A stretch of 64,000 nucleotides of DNA from an uncultured Methylococcaceae bacterium (GCA_964619885.1 CAZUGA010000011.1:38441-102440), one strand, 5' to 3'; counted from the first letter of the stretch, positions 1 through 11,062 are shown. The notes: generated by a model from the letters alone, not told the origin. Numbers and translations: made by a program.

Positions 1-336
1 TCAGTTGCGGGTGCTACCGGAAATATTGTTTATGGCGAAGCTGTTTTAAAAATGCGCGAAGAAGTCGCGACTGGTCAACAACTGCAACAAGCAATGCGCC
101 AAGCCAACCTATTTCCTAATATGGTCGTTCAGATGGTAGCGATTGGCGAAGAATCCGGTTCTATGGATAGTATGTTGGAGAAAGTCGCCGATTTTTATGA
201 GGAGGAAGTTGATAATGCTGTTGATTCCATCAGCAGTCTGCTGGAGCCTATGATTATGGCATTTCTAGGCGTAGTTGTAGGCGGATTGGTTGTCGCCATG
301 TATCTACCCATTTTCAAACTTGGTGCCGTCGTTTAA
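1..336 (+). CDS. pilC: Type IV pilus platform protein PilC (GspF family), C-terminal part; the 5' end lies outside the window
   Basis: The frame is open from base 1. The C-terminus (...IGEESGSMDSMLEKVADFYEEEVD...YLPIFKLG) matches the conserved GspF/PilC second repeat and last TM. pilD follows, as in pilBCD loci. Confidence 0.85.
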   Translation, partial: SVAGATGNIVYGEAVLKMREEVATGQQLQQAMRQANLFPNMVVQMVAIGEESGSMDSMLEKVADFYEEEVDNAVDSISSLLEPMIMAFLGVVVGGLVVAMYLPIFKLGAVV

Positions 337-498
337 TTACCGTTGCCAAAAAATACGAGATCCACTTTGATACATTGATTCTTTCATCATATTAAAGTCC
401 CACAACATCACATCCCCGACCAATTAAATACCGTCACCTATTTAATTCACGAGTTTAGCGCCAAGTAAATTCATTCATAAACAACGCTTACCGGCCGC

Positions 499-1371
499 GT
501 GTCTGCAATCCAAGTTTTACAAACCCATTCATCAGTCTTCATAGGCGTTATAGGCTTGCTAGGTCTATTGGTCGGCAGTTTCCTTAATGTTGTTGTGCAT
601 CGATTACCAATCATGATGCGCAGAGAATGGCGCAAAGAATGCCAAGAGTATTTAGAAATCTCCGAAATTGACACTAATGGCTGCTCTCGATTCGATCTAA
701 TCAAACCTGATTCTCATTGTACTAATTGCAATCATACGATACTGCCGCATGAAAACATTCCGCTTCTTAGCTTTATATTTCTTAAAGGGCGCTGCGTAAA
801 TTGTAAATCAAGAATTTCACTCAGATACCCCGCAGTAGAATTATTTAGCGCTGCAAGTTCGGCAATCGTCGCCTGGCACTTCGGATTCGGACTGCAAACT
901 GCATTTGCATTAATGCTCACCTGGGCACTAATCAGCGCCAGCTTAATCGATTTGGACCACCAGTTATTGCCCGATACCATCGTTTTACCAATACTTTGGC
1001 TAGGATTACTTATCAGTGTAATTGAGGTATTTGTCGATAGCCAATCCAGTATTATTGGTGCCTCTGCTGGATGGCTATGCCTGTGGCTAGTCTATCATGC
1101 CTTTAAATTTGCAACCGGCAAAGAAGGAATGGGCTACGGAGATTTCAAGCTTCTAGCGCTTTTAGGTGCATGGTTAGGATGGCAGGTTCTTCCGATCATC
1201 ATATTACTTTCTTCACTAGTGGGTGCGATCGTTGGCATAGTTTTGATTCTCTTTTTTCGTCATCAACGATCGAACCCCATCCCATTTGGCCCTTTTCTAG
1301 CTGCCGCAGGTTGGATTGCGTTACTGTGGGGCGACGACTTAACCGGATTATATTGGTCAATTGCGTTTTGA
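499..1371 (+). CDS. pilD: Prepilin peptidase / N-methyltransferase PilD (peptidase A24)
   Basis: GTG start. The N-terminus LLVGSFLNVVVHRLP, a Cys-rich CxxC...CxxC region, the GMGYGDFKLLA active-site block and multiple TMs are present. Confidence 0.9.
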   Translation: MSAIQVLQTHSSVFIGVIGLLGLLVGSFLNVVVHRLPIMMRREWRKECQEYLEISEIDTNGCSRFDLIKPDSHCTNCNHTILPHENIPLLSFIFLKGRCVNCKSRISLRYPAVELFSAASSAIVAWHFGFGLQTAFALMLTWALISASLIDLDHQLLPDTIVLPILWLGLLISVIEVFVDSQSSIIGASAGWLCLWLVYHAFKFATGKEGMGYGDFKLLALLGAWLGWQVLPIIILLSSLVGAIVGIVLILFFRHQRSNPIPFGPFLAAAGWIALLWGDDLTGLYWSIAF

Positions 1372-1654
1372 TCTCTATGACGCATTAAATGTATTTGGGC
1401 CGCCTGACCAACTCGGGATTTTCCATCATAGCTAAACATCATCTTGTCTTCATGGCATAATTTGCGCGCACCGCCGGATTAGCAAAAGTCCTGAACCTAC
1501 GCAGTTTTATTTCGCAAACTCGAATTAACCTAGCAAATTAATGGATCCTAATAAATAGTTGTGGCAATACGCGGATCAAAACCAATAAATACGACGAATC
1601 CGTAATACCCGACACCTATCGATCCGTCGAAAACCTGTCCATCGTCAAAAAAAA

Positions 1655-2614
1655 ATGCTGACTTATGTAACAACCCTAATAGTGGGATTTATCATACTGA
1701 TATTCGCCGCTGATCGCTTTGTAATTGGTACCGCCGCTATCGCGCGTAACCTGGGAATTCCACCCCTAATAATAGGCTTAACGATCGTTGGCTTTGGTAC
1801 ATCCGCGCCAGAAATATTAATTTCAATCATTGCCGCTATGGAGGGAAATCCTGGATTGGCCATCGGTAACGCAATCGGATCCAACATAGCGAATATTGGT
1901 CTTATATTGGGCGTTACGGCAATCATCTCACCAATCACAGTACATTCCGACACGCTGAAGCGCGAAATGCCAATATTGTTGATAACAGCAGTCGCGTGCT
2001 ACATTCTTCTTATGATCGGGGAGTTTAGCCGAACCGATGGGATATTGATGTTAATCGGTCTATGCATTTTTCTTTTCTGGTTGGTTAAAACTGCCATAAG
2101 TAATCGTGGCACGGACCCACTGAACCAAGAAATAGAACAGGAAATTCCATCTGGTCTGTCTACGCTCGAAGCCGGAATTTGGACGGTACTTGGACTCATC
2201 GCTCTTTTGGCAAGCTCTAAACTTCTGGTTTGGGCCGCTGTGAATATCGCCCAGCAATTTGGGATCAGCGAATTGGTTATTGGCCTGACCATTGTCGCGC
2301 TGGGAACAAGTCTTCCTGAACTTGCGGCATCTATAGCCAGCATCTTAAAAAAGGAAGATGACCTTGCGATTGGCAATGTACTAGGTTCCAATATGTATAA
2401 TTTGCTCGCTGTTTTGGCAATACCAGGAATTATAGGGACGGGTCCAATGGATCCAGAGGTAATAAACCGTGATTTTCCGTGGATGATAGGATTTACAATT
2501 GCTCTGATTGTTTTTGCGTATAGTTTCAAAAAAAATGGCAACATTGATCGAGTCAAGGGAATATTTTTAGTCAGTTCATACATCGGCTACCAGGCCTTGC
2601 TTTTCCAAGGCTAA
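1655..2614 (+). CDS. yrbG: Ca2+/Na+ antiporter, CaCA (YrbG) family
   Basis: Two internal alpha-repeats (GTSAPE.. and GTSLPEL..) and about 10 TMs. It sits immediately upstream of kdsD, as in E. coli. Confidence 0.85.
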   Translation: MLTYVTTLIVGFIILIFAADRFVIGTAAIARNLGIPPLIIGLTIVGFGTSAPEILISIIAAMEGNPGLAIGNAIGSNIANIGLILGVTAIISPITVHSDTLKREMPILLITAVACYILLMIGEFSRTDGILMLIGLCIFLFWLVKTAISNRGTDPLNQEIEQEIPSGLSTLEAGIWTVLGLIALLASSKLLVWAAVNIAQQFGISELVIGLTIVALGTSLPELAASIASILKKEDDLAIGNVLGSNMYNLLAVLAIPGIIGTGPMDPEVINRDFPWMIGFTIALIVFAYSFKKNGNIDRVKGIFLVSSYIGYQALLFQG

Positions 2615-2779
2615 CTAAAAATTGCCAATTTAGCCCGGTGCAATTTGTCACTAGGTTAAGGCCTACCTCATCTCTAACCCATCAACATATGATGGATCAA
2701 TATCTCAAATCCGGGTTAAAACGCCCATGGCAAAATTATTTTAATATAATGTCATTTGTTAATTCACAACTGAAATGAC

Positions 2780-3766
2780 ATGACACCCAACTTGGACAAT
2801 CAAGTCTTAATACGAGTGGCAGTTGAACTTATCGATGCCGAAGCCGACGCAGTTTTGGCTCTCAAGCATCGTATCGATGATTCATTTTGCCGTGCTTGTC
2901 ATCAAATTCTCGGGTGCAAAGGCCGAGTAGTTGTGATCGGAATGGGCAAGTCAGGTCATATCGGTGGCAAAATCGCTGCGACTTTAGCAAGTACCGGCAG
3001 CCCGGCGTTTTTCGTCCACCCTGGCGAAGCCAGTCATGGCGACTTAGGTATGATTACACCCCAAGACGTTGTAATTGCGCTGTCCAATTCAGGCCAAACA
3101 CCCGAAATTTTGACCATTCTACCATTGATAAAACGACTGGGAATTCCGCTAATCTCGATGGGCGGCAACTCCGAATCAGTTTTGGCGCAGAATGCGAGCG
3201 TGCACCTGGATGTAAGTGTTGAACAAGAAGCTTGCCCCTTGGGACTGGCCCCGACCACTAGCACAACCGTCGCATTGGTTATGGGCGATGCTTTAGCAAT
3301 CGCTCTGTTGCAGGCAAGGGGTTTTACTCGCGATGATTTCGCGCTTTCTCACCCAGGTGGAACACTAGGGCGACGATTGCTGCTAACGACTAACGACCTT
3401 ATGCATGTTGGCACGAATGTACCTCGGGTGTCGAATACAGCGTTCGTCAGTGACGCGTTGTTAGAGATGACCGCAAAGAAGCTCGGCATGACTGCGATTG
3501 TCGACAAGAAAAATCACGTTCTTGGATTATTCACCGACGGTGATCTGCGAAGAATGTTTGAAGGAACCCAGTGTAATATCCATACAACTTTGGTCACTAA
3601 AGTGATGACCGCACCATGCATCACGATCAAATCCGATATACTCGCGGCCGAAGCACTAAGAATTATGGAAACCAAAAAAATTACGGCTTTGCTAGTTATT
3701 GCTGAAAATGACCAACTCATTGGCGCTTTGCATATGCATGATTTAATCCGAGCGGGTATCGTTTGA
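2780..3766 (+). CDS. kdsD: Arabinose-5-phosphate isomerase KdsD (SIS domain plus tandem CBS)
   Basis: SIS motif VIGMGKSGHIG, GEASHGDLGM, and a C-terminal CBS pair. Synteny with kdsC-lptCAB supports the call. Confidence 0.9.
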   Translation: MTPNLDNQVLIRVAVELIDAEADAVLALKHRIDDSFCRACHQILGCKGRVVVIGMGKSGHIGGKIAATLASTGSPAFFVHPGEASHGDLGMITPQDVVIALSNSGQTPEILTILPLIKRLGIPLISMGGNSESVLAQNASVHLDVSVEQEACPLGLAPTTSTTVALVMGDALAIALLQARGFTRDDFALSHPGGTLGRRLLLTTNDLMHVGTNVPRVSNTAFVSDALLEMTAKKLGMTAIVDKKNHVLGLFTDGDLRRMFEGTQCNIHTTLVTKVMTAPCITIKSDILAAEALRIMETKKITALLVIAENDQLIGALHMHDLIRAGIV

Positions 3767-3815
3767 TCGGTAAAACTGAAATACCAGCTAATAATATTAT
3801 TCTCATGGTGATAAA

Positions 3816-4352
3816 TTGACCACATTGGAATGCGCTTTAGTAAAAGCAAAGAAAATTCGCCTGGTCATTTTTGATGTCGACGGCGTTCTGACCGATGGCC
3901 GCTTGGTCTTTGATGAAAGTGGCCGGGAATATAAAGCATTCCACGCCCGCGACGGGCACGGCATCAAAATGTTGCGCAACAGTGGCGTAGACATCGCAGT
4001 AATTTCCGGACGGCGTTCTGAATCGGTTCGCCAACGTATGCAGGGATTAGGTATAGAACATATATTTCAGGGACAAGAAGATAAAGTCGTCTCATTCAAT
4101 GAACTTTGCCGTAAACTCCAGGTCCATCCAAAGCACGTTGCACACGTAGGTGACGATCTTCCAGATTTACCGATTATGCAAAGGGCCGGCATGGGTATCG
4201 CGGTTGCTGATGCACATTTTGTCGTTCGTAACCATGCTGATTGGTGCACTAGCTTATCCGGGGGCCAAGGAGCCGTACGGGAGGTTTGCGATCTGATTAT
4301 GCAGGCCCAGGATACTTTGGATAATGCTGTTGGCAACTATCTAAGAACCTGA
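3816..4352 (+). CDS. kdsC: KDO-8-phosphate phosphatase KdsC (HAD superfamily)
   Basis: HAD motif I (IFDVDGVLTDG) and GDDLPDLP are present. The TTG start is uncertain by a few codons. Confidence 0.88.
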   Translation: MTTLECALVKAKKIRLVIFDVDGVLTDGRLVFDESGREYKAFHARDGHGIKMLRNSGVDIAVISGRRSESVRQRMQGLGIEHIFQGQEDKVVSFNELCRKLQVHPKHVAHVGDDLPDLPIMQRAGMGIAVADAHFVVRNHADWCTSLSGGQGAVREVCDLIMQAQDTLDNAVGNYLRT

Positions 4353-4361
4353 CACTGTTTG

Positions 4362-4925
4362 ATGAAAAAACAATTTTGGGTATACGGCTTGCTGACGCTT
4401 ATCGCTTTTTCCAGTTGGTTGATTGCTGACCGGATTATGCCAAAACCTGAAGTTTTTCCCTCCACCGCATCTCATCGACCAGATTCGTTTAGCGAACAAT
4501 TTACCAAAACCGTGATGAATCTGGACGGCACACCTAAACACAAACTAACTGCCGAATCCATGATCCACTTCCGTGACGACAAGTCGACTGAACTTAAAAA
4601 ACCTATATTCGTATTTTTCGATGATGACCAACCACCATGGACGGTCCGGTCGGATACAGGACTGGTAAGTTCGAATGGTAAGAGTATCTTGCTTGGTGGA
4701 AACGTGTTCATCAACAGGCCGGCCGCACCGGGGGTTCGACGGATAGATATAATTACCAAAAACCTAACGGTAAAACCAAAAGCGAATACCGCAGAAACCG
4801 AAGAATTTGCCGAGCTTACCAGCCGGTCGAATCGTATCAGCGGAACGGGGTTAGATGTAAATTTCGGTCAAATAAAAAAAGTGACGTTACATTCAAACGT
4901 CAGAGGAAAATATGAAAAACCTTAA
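4362..4925 (+). CDS. lptC: LPS export protein LptC
   Basis: ATG one codon inside the listed ORF. It has an N-terminal TM anchor and an OstA-like beta-jellyroll, and lies between kdsC and lptA. Confidence 0.75.
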   Translation: MKKQFWVYGLLTLIAFSSWLIADRIMPKPEVFPSTASHRPDSFSEQFTKTVMNLDGTPKHKLTAESMIHFRDDKSTELKKPIFVFFDDDQPPWTVRSDTGLVSSNGKSILLGGNVFINRPAAPGVRRIDIITKNLTVKPKANTAETEEFAELTSRSNRISGTGLDVNFGQIKKVTLHSNVRGKYEKP

Positions 4926-5412
4926 TATTACCGTCTGTTTCGTGCTCTTCATTTTAGCAAATCCAAGCATTTCGCTGGGATTGGAAAAAGATTCCGAACA
5001 ACCCATCTATATCGAAGCGGATGGAGCCACCTATGACGACAACACCGGTAACAGCGTTTATACAGGGAATGTTGAAGTTACCCAAGGCAGCATGCTTTTA
5101 AACTCAGACAAACTCGTCGTTTATACCAAGGCCCGGCGCCCCTATAAGATCGTAGCCATCGGGAAACCCGTGACATTCAAGCAAACTCCAAAACCCGGTG
5201 ACGAAGATGTTCACGGCAAGTCACTTACCGCAGAATATTACGTCGACACCGAACTACTGGTTATGATCGAAAAAGCCGTGGTTTGGCAAGGCGAAAATAC
5301 TTACGCCAGCGAACGCATCGAATATGATCGAAAAAATGCTATCGTCAAAGCTGGCCAAGCTTCATCCAATGGAAAGCGTGTACATATTACCTTACATCCA
5401 AAAGAAAAATAA
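4912..5412 (+). CDS. lptA: LPS export periplasmic protein LptA (OstA N-terminal fold)
   Basis: Signal peptide, then [30 protein letters not shown]. It overlaps the lptC stop and precedes lptB. Confidence 0.85.
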   Translation: MKNLNITVCFVLFILANPSISLGLEKDSEQPIYIEADGATYDDNTGNSVYTGNVEVTQGSMLLNSDKLVVYTKARRPYKIVAIGKPVTFKQTPKPGDEDVHGKSLTAEYYVDTELLVMIEKAVVWQGENTYASERIEYDRKNAIVKAGQASSNGKRVHITLHPKEK

Positions 5413-5414
5413 TC

Positions 5415-6140
5415 ATGGCAACCCTGTCTGCAGAAAATCTGCGCAAAAGTTATAACAAACGTTCGGTTGTTGACGGCGTCTCACTCTATATTAATAGCGG
5501 TGAAATCGTTGGCTTGCTTGGTCCGAACGGTGCTGGTAAAACCACCAGCTTTTACATGATCGTGGGCCTGATCAAAACAGACAAAGGATCCATAGACATT
5601 GATCAGCAAGAAATTACTAAACTACCTATGCATGCACGTGCCCGACTTGGCGTAGGCTATCTTCCCCAAGAACCTTCAATATTCCGAAAGTTGAGCGTTG
5701 CCGACAATCTTAGAGCTGTACTGCAAATCCGCAAAGACCTTAGTAATGGCCAACAAGAATTGATGATAGAGGAACTGCTGCAAGAATTCGCCATTACGCA
5801 CCTGCGTGAACAACCGGCTACAGGCTTATCTGGGGGGGAACGACGCCGAGTTGAAATTGCTCGAGCACTGGCTTCTGAACCACAATTCATTCTACTCGAT
5901 GAACCTTTCGCCGGAGTCGACCCTATTTCGATCATAGAAATCCAAAAAATTATTCATCATTTACGTGACCGTGGAATAGGCATTCTAATCACTGAGCACA
6001 ACGTGCGTGAAACACTAGGTACTTGTGACCGAGCATATATTCTTAATGAAGGAAAGGTAATCGCCGAGGGTGGACCAGACGCAATTCTAGACAACCAAGA
6101 AGTCCGCCAAGTCTATTTGGGCGAGAATTTTAACATGTAA
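5415..6140 (+). CDS. lptB: LPS export ABC ATPase LptB
   Basis: Walker [10 protein letters not shown], signature LSGGERRR and Walker B ILLDEP. 241 aa, in the conserved position. Confidence 0.95.
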   Translation: MATLSAENLRKSYNKRSVVDGVSLYINSGEIVGLLGPNGAGKTTSFYMIVGLIKTDKGSIDIDQQEITKLPMHARARLGVGYLPQEPSIFRKLSVADNLRAVLQIRKDLSNGQQELMIEELLQEFAITHLREQPATGLSGGERRRVEIARALASEPQFILLDEPFAGVDPISIIEIQKIIHHLRDRGIGILITEHNVRETLGTCDRAYILNEGKVIAEGGPDAILDNQEVRQVYLGENFNM

Positions 6141-6274
6141 AAGGTTCTATTTCCTAAAATCCCCCCGTAATAGCATGATTGCGCTAAAATAAGGGTAAGT
6201 CGAGGTTCAGATTCTATAACTCGAAGGGTTCACACAGCTTAACCTGGAATTTATTAATTTTATTTCTTTTATTG

Positions 6275-7759
6275 ATGAAGCAATCGTTACAGCTACGCCT
6301 AACACAGCAACTTACCATGACGCCGCAATTGCAGCAGGCGATTCGGCTGTTGCAATTGTCGACTCTGGATCTACACCAAGAGATTCAGCAAGCCCTCGAT
6401 TCCAATATGATGTTGGAAGTAGCTGAAGATGAACCTAACTTCGATAACGATCGACAAAACCAACAAGACCAACAAGACCAACAAGACCAACAAACGGAAA
6501 ATAATATTGAACCCGGCGATGCATCAAGCGAAGGCTCGCAAAACGAAATACCCGATGAATTGCCGGTGGATAGTTCCTGGGAGGACGTTTACGACAATGT
6601 ACAGTCCGCCGGACTTTCATCTGCCCCCTCAGGTGAATCACAAGAATTCGAGAGCTACAGAAGTGCGCCACAAAAGCTGGTCGATCATTTGATTTGGCAG
6701 ATGGAACTTGCAAAATTCAGCGACCACGATCTTGCGATTGCAACTGCAATTATCGATTCAGTAAACGACGACGGTTACCTGGCAACCGGCATTGAAGAAA
6801 TCCATCAAGGCTTGTTGAACCAGTTCGAAGAGCTTGAAATCGATGAAGTTAACGCTGTGTTACACCGGGTACAAAATTTTGACCCGCCAGGCGTTGCGGC
6901 ACTAGATTTGGGTGACTGCCTGCAAATCCAATTACGCCAACTTCCTGAGTCTACGCCTTGGAAAGAAACCGCACTGGAATTAGTTACCCATTTCCTGGAC
7001 CACTTGGCATCGCAAAACCAAAGCCGCCTTAAAAGACTGTTAGACTTGAGCGACGAACAACTGGGACAAGTCATTAGCTTAATTAGATCGCTAGACCCAA
7101 GACCGGGATCTCGTATTGATAGTTCCGATTCGCAATACGTAATTCCCGACGTTTTCGTAAACAAACGCAATGACAACTGGTATGTTACGTTGAATCCGGA
7201 CATTGCGCCCAAGCTAAGGGTAAATCCGTATTACTCATCAATGATAAAACGGGCGGACAACAGTTCAGATAACACATGCATGAAGAACCACTTACAAGAA
7301 GCTCGATGGTTTTTGAAAAGCTTACAGAGTCGTAGCGAGACCCTACTCAAGGTTGCCCGCTGTATAGTAGACCGCCAGAAAGAGTTTTTAGACCATGGTC
7401 CCATAGCCATGAAACCCATGGTGCTGCGGGACGTCGCCGAAGAAGTGGAAATGCACGAATCGACAATTTCCAGGGTAACTACGCAAAAATTTATGCATAC
7501 CCCTAACGGCATTTACGAATTCAAGTTTTTCTTTTCCAGCCATGTATCCACAAACACCGGAGGAGAATGTTCATCAACCGCAATACGAGCTTTTATCAAA
7601 GAATTAGTCGATAATGAAAATGCTGCGAAACCACTAAGCGATAATAAGATTTCCAACCTACTCAAAGAAAAAGGTATTAATGTTGCCCGTAGAACCATTG
7701 CGAAATACAGAGAAGCAATGTCAATCCCACCTTCTAACCAAAGAAAACGTATCATTTAA
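6275..7759 (+). CDS. rpoN: RNA polymerase sigma-54 factor RpoN
   Basis: N-terminus MKQSLQLRLTQQLTMTPQLQQAIRLLQLS, an acidic/Q-rich region II, and the C-terminal RpoN box ARRTIAKYRE. Confidence 0.97.
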   Translation: MKQSLQLRLTQQLTMTPQLQQAIRLLQLSTLDLHQEIQQALDSNMMLEVAEDEPNFDNDRQNQQDQQDQQDQQTENNIEPGDASSEGSQNEIPDELPVDSSWEDVYDNVQSAGLSSAPSGESQEFESYRSAPQKLVDHLIWQMELAKFSDHDLAIATAIIDSVNDDGYLATGIEEIHQGLLNQFEELEIDEVNAVLHRVQNFDPPGVAALDLGDCLQIQLRQLPESTPWKETALELVTHFLDHLASQNQSRLKRLLDLSDEQLGQVISLIRSLDPRPGSRIDSSDSQYVIPDVFVNKRNDNWYVTLNPDIAPKLRVNPYYSSMIKRADNSSDNTCMKNHLQEARWFLKSLQSRSETLLKVARCIVDRQKEFLDHGPIAMKPMVLRDVAEEVEMHESTISRVTTQKFMHTPNGIYEFKFFFSSHVSTNTGGECSSTAIRAFIKELVDNENAAKPLSDNKISNLLKEKGINVARRTIAKYREAMSIPPSNQRKRII

Positions 7760-7804
7760 TCGATTGTAAAACACTCAAGACGAAGATATTACGGAGGAAA
7801 AAAC

Positions 7805-8098
7805 ATGCAAATAAGTGTAACGGGGCACCATATAGATGTGACCGATGCATTAAGAAACTATGTAGAATCTAAATTCGAACGGCTCGAACGCCATTTTGAT
7901 CAGGTAACAGACGTCCATGTAATTTTAGGGCTTGAAAAAATCAACAAAAAAGCCGAGGCAACAGTCAAGATTAGTGGGGCCAAAGTATTCGCTGAAGACC
8001 ATCAAGAAGATATGTATGCTGCGATAGACGGTTTGATCGACAAAATAGACCGACAAGTTAGAAAGCATAAGGAAAAGAATACAGATCATCACCGATAG
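7805..8098 (+). CDS. hpf: Ribosome hibernation promoting factor (short HPF/YhbH type)
   Basis: MQISVTGHHIDVTDALRNYVESKFERL..., 97 aa, directly downstream of rpoN. Confidence 0.9.
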   Translation: MQISVTGHHIDVTDALRNYVESKFERLERHFDQVTDVHVILGLEKINKKAEATVKISGAKVFAEDHQEDMYAAIDGLIDKIDRQVRKHKEKNTDHHR

Positions 8099-8214
8099 TG
8101 ACATCACTTTAAAACTAAGCAACGGGTAGTTGTTAATGAACAACACCGCTTTCTCCAAAGGCCGATTATGCTAAAGTCACGGATGAATCAAATAAGATAT
8201 GCCATCGGTCAGCG

Positions 8215-9072
8215 ATGAAGCTTATCATCGTAAGTGGCCTTTCCGGATCAGGTAAAAGTATAGCGCTAGATACCCTTGAGGATTGCGGCTTTTATTGCGT
8301 AGACAACCTACCCGTTGCGTTACTAGACAACTTTGTCCAACAGGTAATACATACCGAAGAATGGACCTATACAAAAACCGCAATTGGTATCGATTCCCGA
8401 ACCCAAAGTTCAAGTTTGGCGCATTTCCCAGAAATACTAAACGTCATCAAGCAACTCAATATTGAATACGAGATTTTATTCCTCCAGGCCGACAATGAAA
8501 CATTGTTGAAGCGCTTCAGCGAAACTCGCCGTAAACATCCGCTCACTGACCAAACACATCCGTTAAACGAAGCCATAAAGGCCGAACGTAAAATGTTGGA
8601 GGCAGTTGCTCAAGAGGCCAACCTGCTGATTGATACGTCACGTACCAACGTCCACGAATTACGAGAACTCATCCGCCTCCGGATCGGCAGTAAACGCAAC
8701 CAAATCTTATCGGTTTTTTTTCAATCCTTTGGCTTCAAAAATGGTATACCTATGGATACCGATTTTTTATTCGACGCGCGTTGCCTGCCTAACCCTCACT
8801 GGGAACCGACTCTAAGGCAACTCACCGGTAAAGACAAACCGGTGATCGAATTTCTGAGCAGCATGCCAGACGTCCGTGAATATCTGGAAGACACCACGCA
8901 CTTTCTACAAAGATGGGTACCACGATTTGAGTCTGGGAACCGGTCTTATCTCAGTATCACCATTGGCTGCACGGGCGGACAACACCGATCGGTCTATTTA
9001 GCAGAATGCCTCGCCAACAATTTTCGCAATACGCCATATTATATTTTGGTAGGCCATCGCGAACTTCACTAA
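8215..9072 (+). CDS. rapZ: RNase adapter protein RapZ (YhbJ)
   Basis: P-loop SGLSGSGKS, FYCVDNLP, and the C-terminal GCTGGQHRSV motif. Confidence 0.92.
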   Translation: MKLIIVSGLSGSGKSIALDTLEDCGFYCVDNLPVALLDNFVQQVIHTEEWTYTKTAIGIDSRTQSSSLAHFPEILNVIKQLNIEYEILFLQADNETLLKRFSETRRKHPLTDQTHPLNEAIKAERKMLEAVAQEANLLIDTSRTNVHELRELIRLRIGSKRNQILSVFFQSFGFKNGIPMDTDFLFDARCLPNPHWEPTLRQLTGKDKPVIEFLSSMPDVREYLEDTTHFLQRWVPRFESGNRSYLSITIGCTGGQHRSVYLAECLANNFRNTPYYILVGHRELH

Positions 9073-9233
9073 AGACCGCACCCCGTTATGCTCTTATCGA
9101 GCAATTTGGGGCCGCATAACATTGGCCTAAGATATTGGTATTTCTATCCGGACAATGTTTTGACACTGAACAAGCAAACCCTCGATAAATTTACCCGTGT
9201 CACATGCGTCCATATCCGCGCATTTGTTTCCCG

Positions 9234-9551
9234 TCACCATTGCAAGATCAGATCATACCAATCCGAAAATTCACGCAACTCCGGCTCCGTACCATCTTCC
9301 CACAATATGATTCGCCTATTAGCGTAATGACTGCTTTCTTCAAACCATCGTTTGTAAATCGGAACGATCTGGTTAGTGTCAGAGTATATTTCTTCTAATT
9401 GAGCAAACCAGCCAAGCTGATTGATCAATCGCTGGGAATCCAATCGAAAAATAGAACCAACCGCCGCTATTACACGTCTTCTTCGTAAACGCTTAATCAA
9501 GATTTTCGGATGAGCTATAAAAGTCACATTGCAAGCCTCGCTTAGCATCAA
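9234..9551 (-). CDS. Hypothetical protein (possibly a gene fragment)
   Basis: Only an ORF of 105 aa in a 630-bp gap between rapZ and mgtE. No recognisable motif. Confidence 0.25.
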   Translation of the reverse strand: MMLSEACNVTFIAHPKILIKRLRRRRVIAAVGSIFRLDSQRLINQLGWFAQLEEIYSDTNQIVPIYKRWFEESSHYANRRIILWEDGTEPELREFSDWYDLILQW

Positions 9552-9703
9552 TAAACGGTTAATTAGCCCACCAACGGAATGTCGAATACATGGCTAATGT
9601 TAAGTTTGGACGGGTATGGCCCACTGTGGACCACGAAAATCTAATCGAATTCCGATAAACTAACTTGTTTTTACAAAATAACCCTTTTCACTGAGATCTC
9701 GCT

Positions 9704-11062
9704 ATGCCCGCCATACCACCGATGGATAAATCCGAGCGCTATTTGCACAAAATTACCAAACGGCTTGGGCAACGGAAACTTGGCCAGGTCACCAAAATTC
9801 TCAGAAAAATGCATCCCGCTGAGATCGCTCATATATTTGAAGCGTTAAAACCCTCAGACAGAGAAATCGCATGGCCGTTGATCGATTCTGATCTGCGCGG
9901 AGAAACCCTTGTAGAACTGAACGAAGAAGTTCGCAGAGAATTAATCGGGTTCACCAAGACTGAAGACCTAGTCGATGCTGTTGAATCGCTGGAGAACGAT
10001 GATCTCGCCGACCTGGTCGATGACTTACCAGAAGCGGCAATGCGCCAAGTTCTGGAGTCAATGGACAACCAGGACCGACAACGGCTTGAGTCAGTATTGT
10101 CTTATGATGAACATACCGCTGGCGGTTTGATGAATACCGACACATTGACAATTAGCCCACAGGTTTCACTAAACGTTGTGTTTCGCTATCTACGCATGCG
10201 TGGAGAAATTCCGGATCTAACAGATAGCTTGATCGTCGTTGACCGGGAAGACGCCTACTTAGGGGTACTGCCGTTAGCGCTGTTGTTGACCCACGATGAA
10301 ACAATGAACGTAGCCGAATTAATGATCCGGGATATCGATTCAATACCCGCGGATTTACCTGCTAACGAGGTCGCAATGCGATTTGAGCAACAGGATTTGG
10401 TTTCAGCGCCTGTAGTCAATGAATCTGGTCAACTTCTCGGGCGTATCACTATCGACGATGTAGTCGATGTTATTCGCGACGAGGCCGATCACTCTGTCAT
10501 GAGTCGAGCGGGTTTGGACGAAGAACAAGACATGTTTGCGCCGGTGACTCTGAGCGCAAAACGGCGCGCGGTTTGGTTGGGAATCAATTTGGTGACCGCT
10601 CTGGTCGCGGCATCAATCATTGGTTTGTTTGAGCAAACCATCGAGAAAATGGTCGCGCTAGCGATTTTGATGCCTATCGTCGCGAGTATGGGAGGCATCG
10701 CTGGCACACAAACACTGACATTGGTGATACGGGGACTGGCACTACACCAAATCGGCCGGACCAACGCACTGGTACTAGTAGGCAAAGAACTCGCCATTGG
10801 CGCTCTGAACGGCATTTTTTGGGCACTGATGGTCGCGACCATCGCCGGGCTCTGGTTTAATAATCCTATAATTGGTGTATTAATCGGTTGCGCGCTTATC
10901 ATAAACCTGACGGTTGCAGCATTCGCTGGCGCCACGATTCCGATGTTGTTGCACAGGGTCGGGGTAGACCCAGCGCTGGCGGGGGGTGTAATACTAACGA
11001 CGATAACTGATGTCGTCGGCTTTGTGACCTTCTTAGGATTGGCTGCGCTTTATTTACGCTGA
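9704..11062 (+). CDS. mgtE: Magnesium transporter MgtE
   Basis: MgtE N-domain, tandem CBS, and a C-terminal 5-TM domain with the PIVASMGGIAGTQ motif. Confidence 0.95.
   Translation: MPAIPPMDKSERYLHKITKRLGQRKLGQVTKILRKMHPAEIAHIFEALKPSDREIAWPLIDSDLRGETLVELNEEVRRELIGFTKTEDLVDAVESLENDDLADLVDDLPEAAMRQVLESMDNQDRQRLESVLSYDEHTAGGLMNTDTLTISPQVSLNVVFRYLRMRGEIPDLTDSLIVVDREDAYLGVLPLALLLTHDETMNVAELMIRDIDSIPADLPANEVAMRFEQQDLVSAPVVNESGQLLGRITIDDVVDVIRDEADHSVMSRAGLDEEQDMFAPVTLSAKRRAVWLGINLVTALVAASIIGLFEQTIEKMVALAILMPIVASMGGIAGTQTLTLVIRGLALHQIGRTNALVLVGKELAIGALNGIFWALMVATIAGLWFNNPIIGVLIGCALIINLTVAAFAGATIPMLLHRVGVDPALAGGVILTTITDVVGFVTFLGLAALYLR

Noticed and set aside
5830-5840. Short homopolymers in core genes (G7 in lptB, T8 in rapZ, A8/T8 runs in other CDSs) as phase-variation sites
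   Set aside because: They encode conserved motifs (for example LSGGE) in essential genes, and the tracts are below the lengths usually associated with switching.
6461-6490. Tandem CCAACAAGA x3 repeat (QDQQDQQDQQ) in rpoN
   Set aside because: It lies in the naturally variable acidic/Gln-rich region II of sigma-54. It is in frame and unremarkable.
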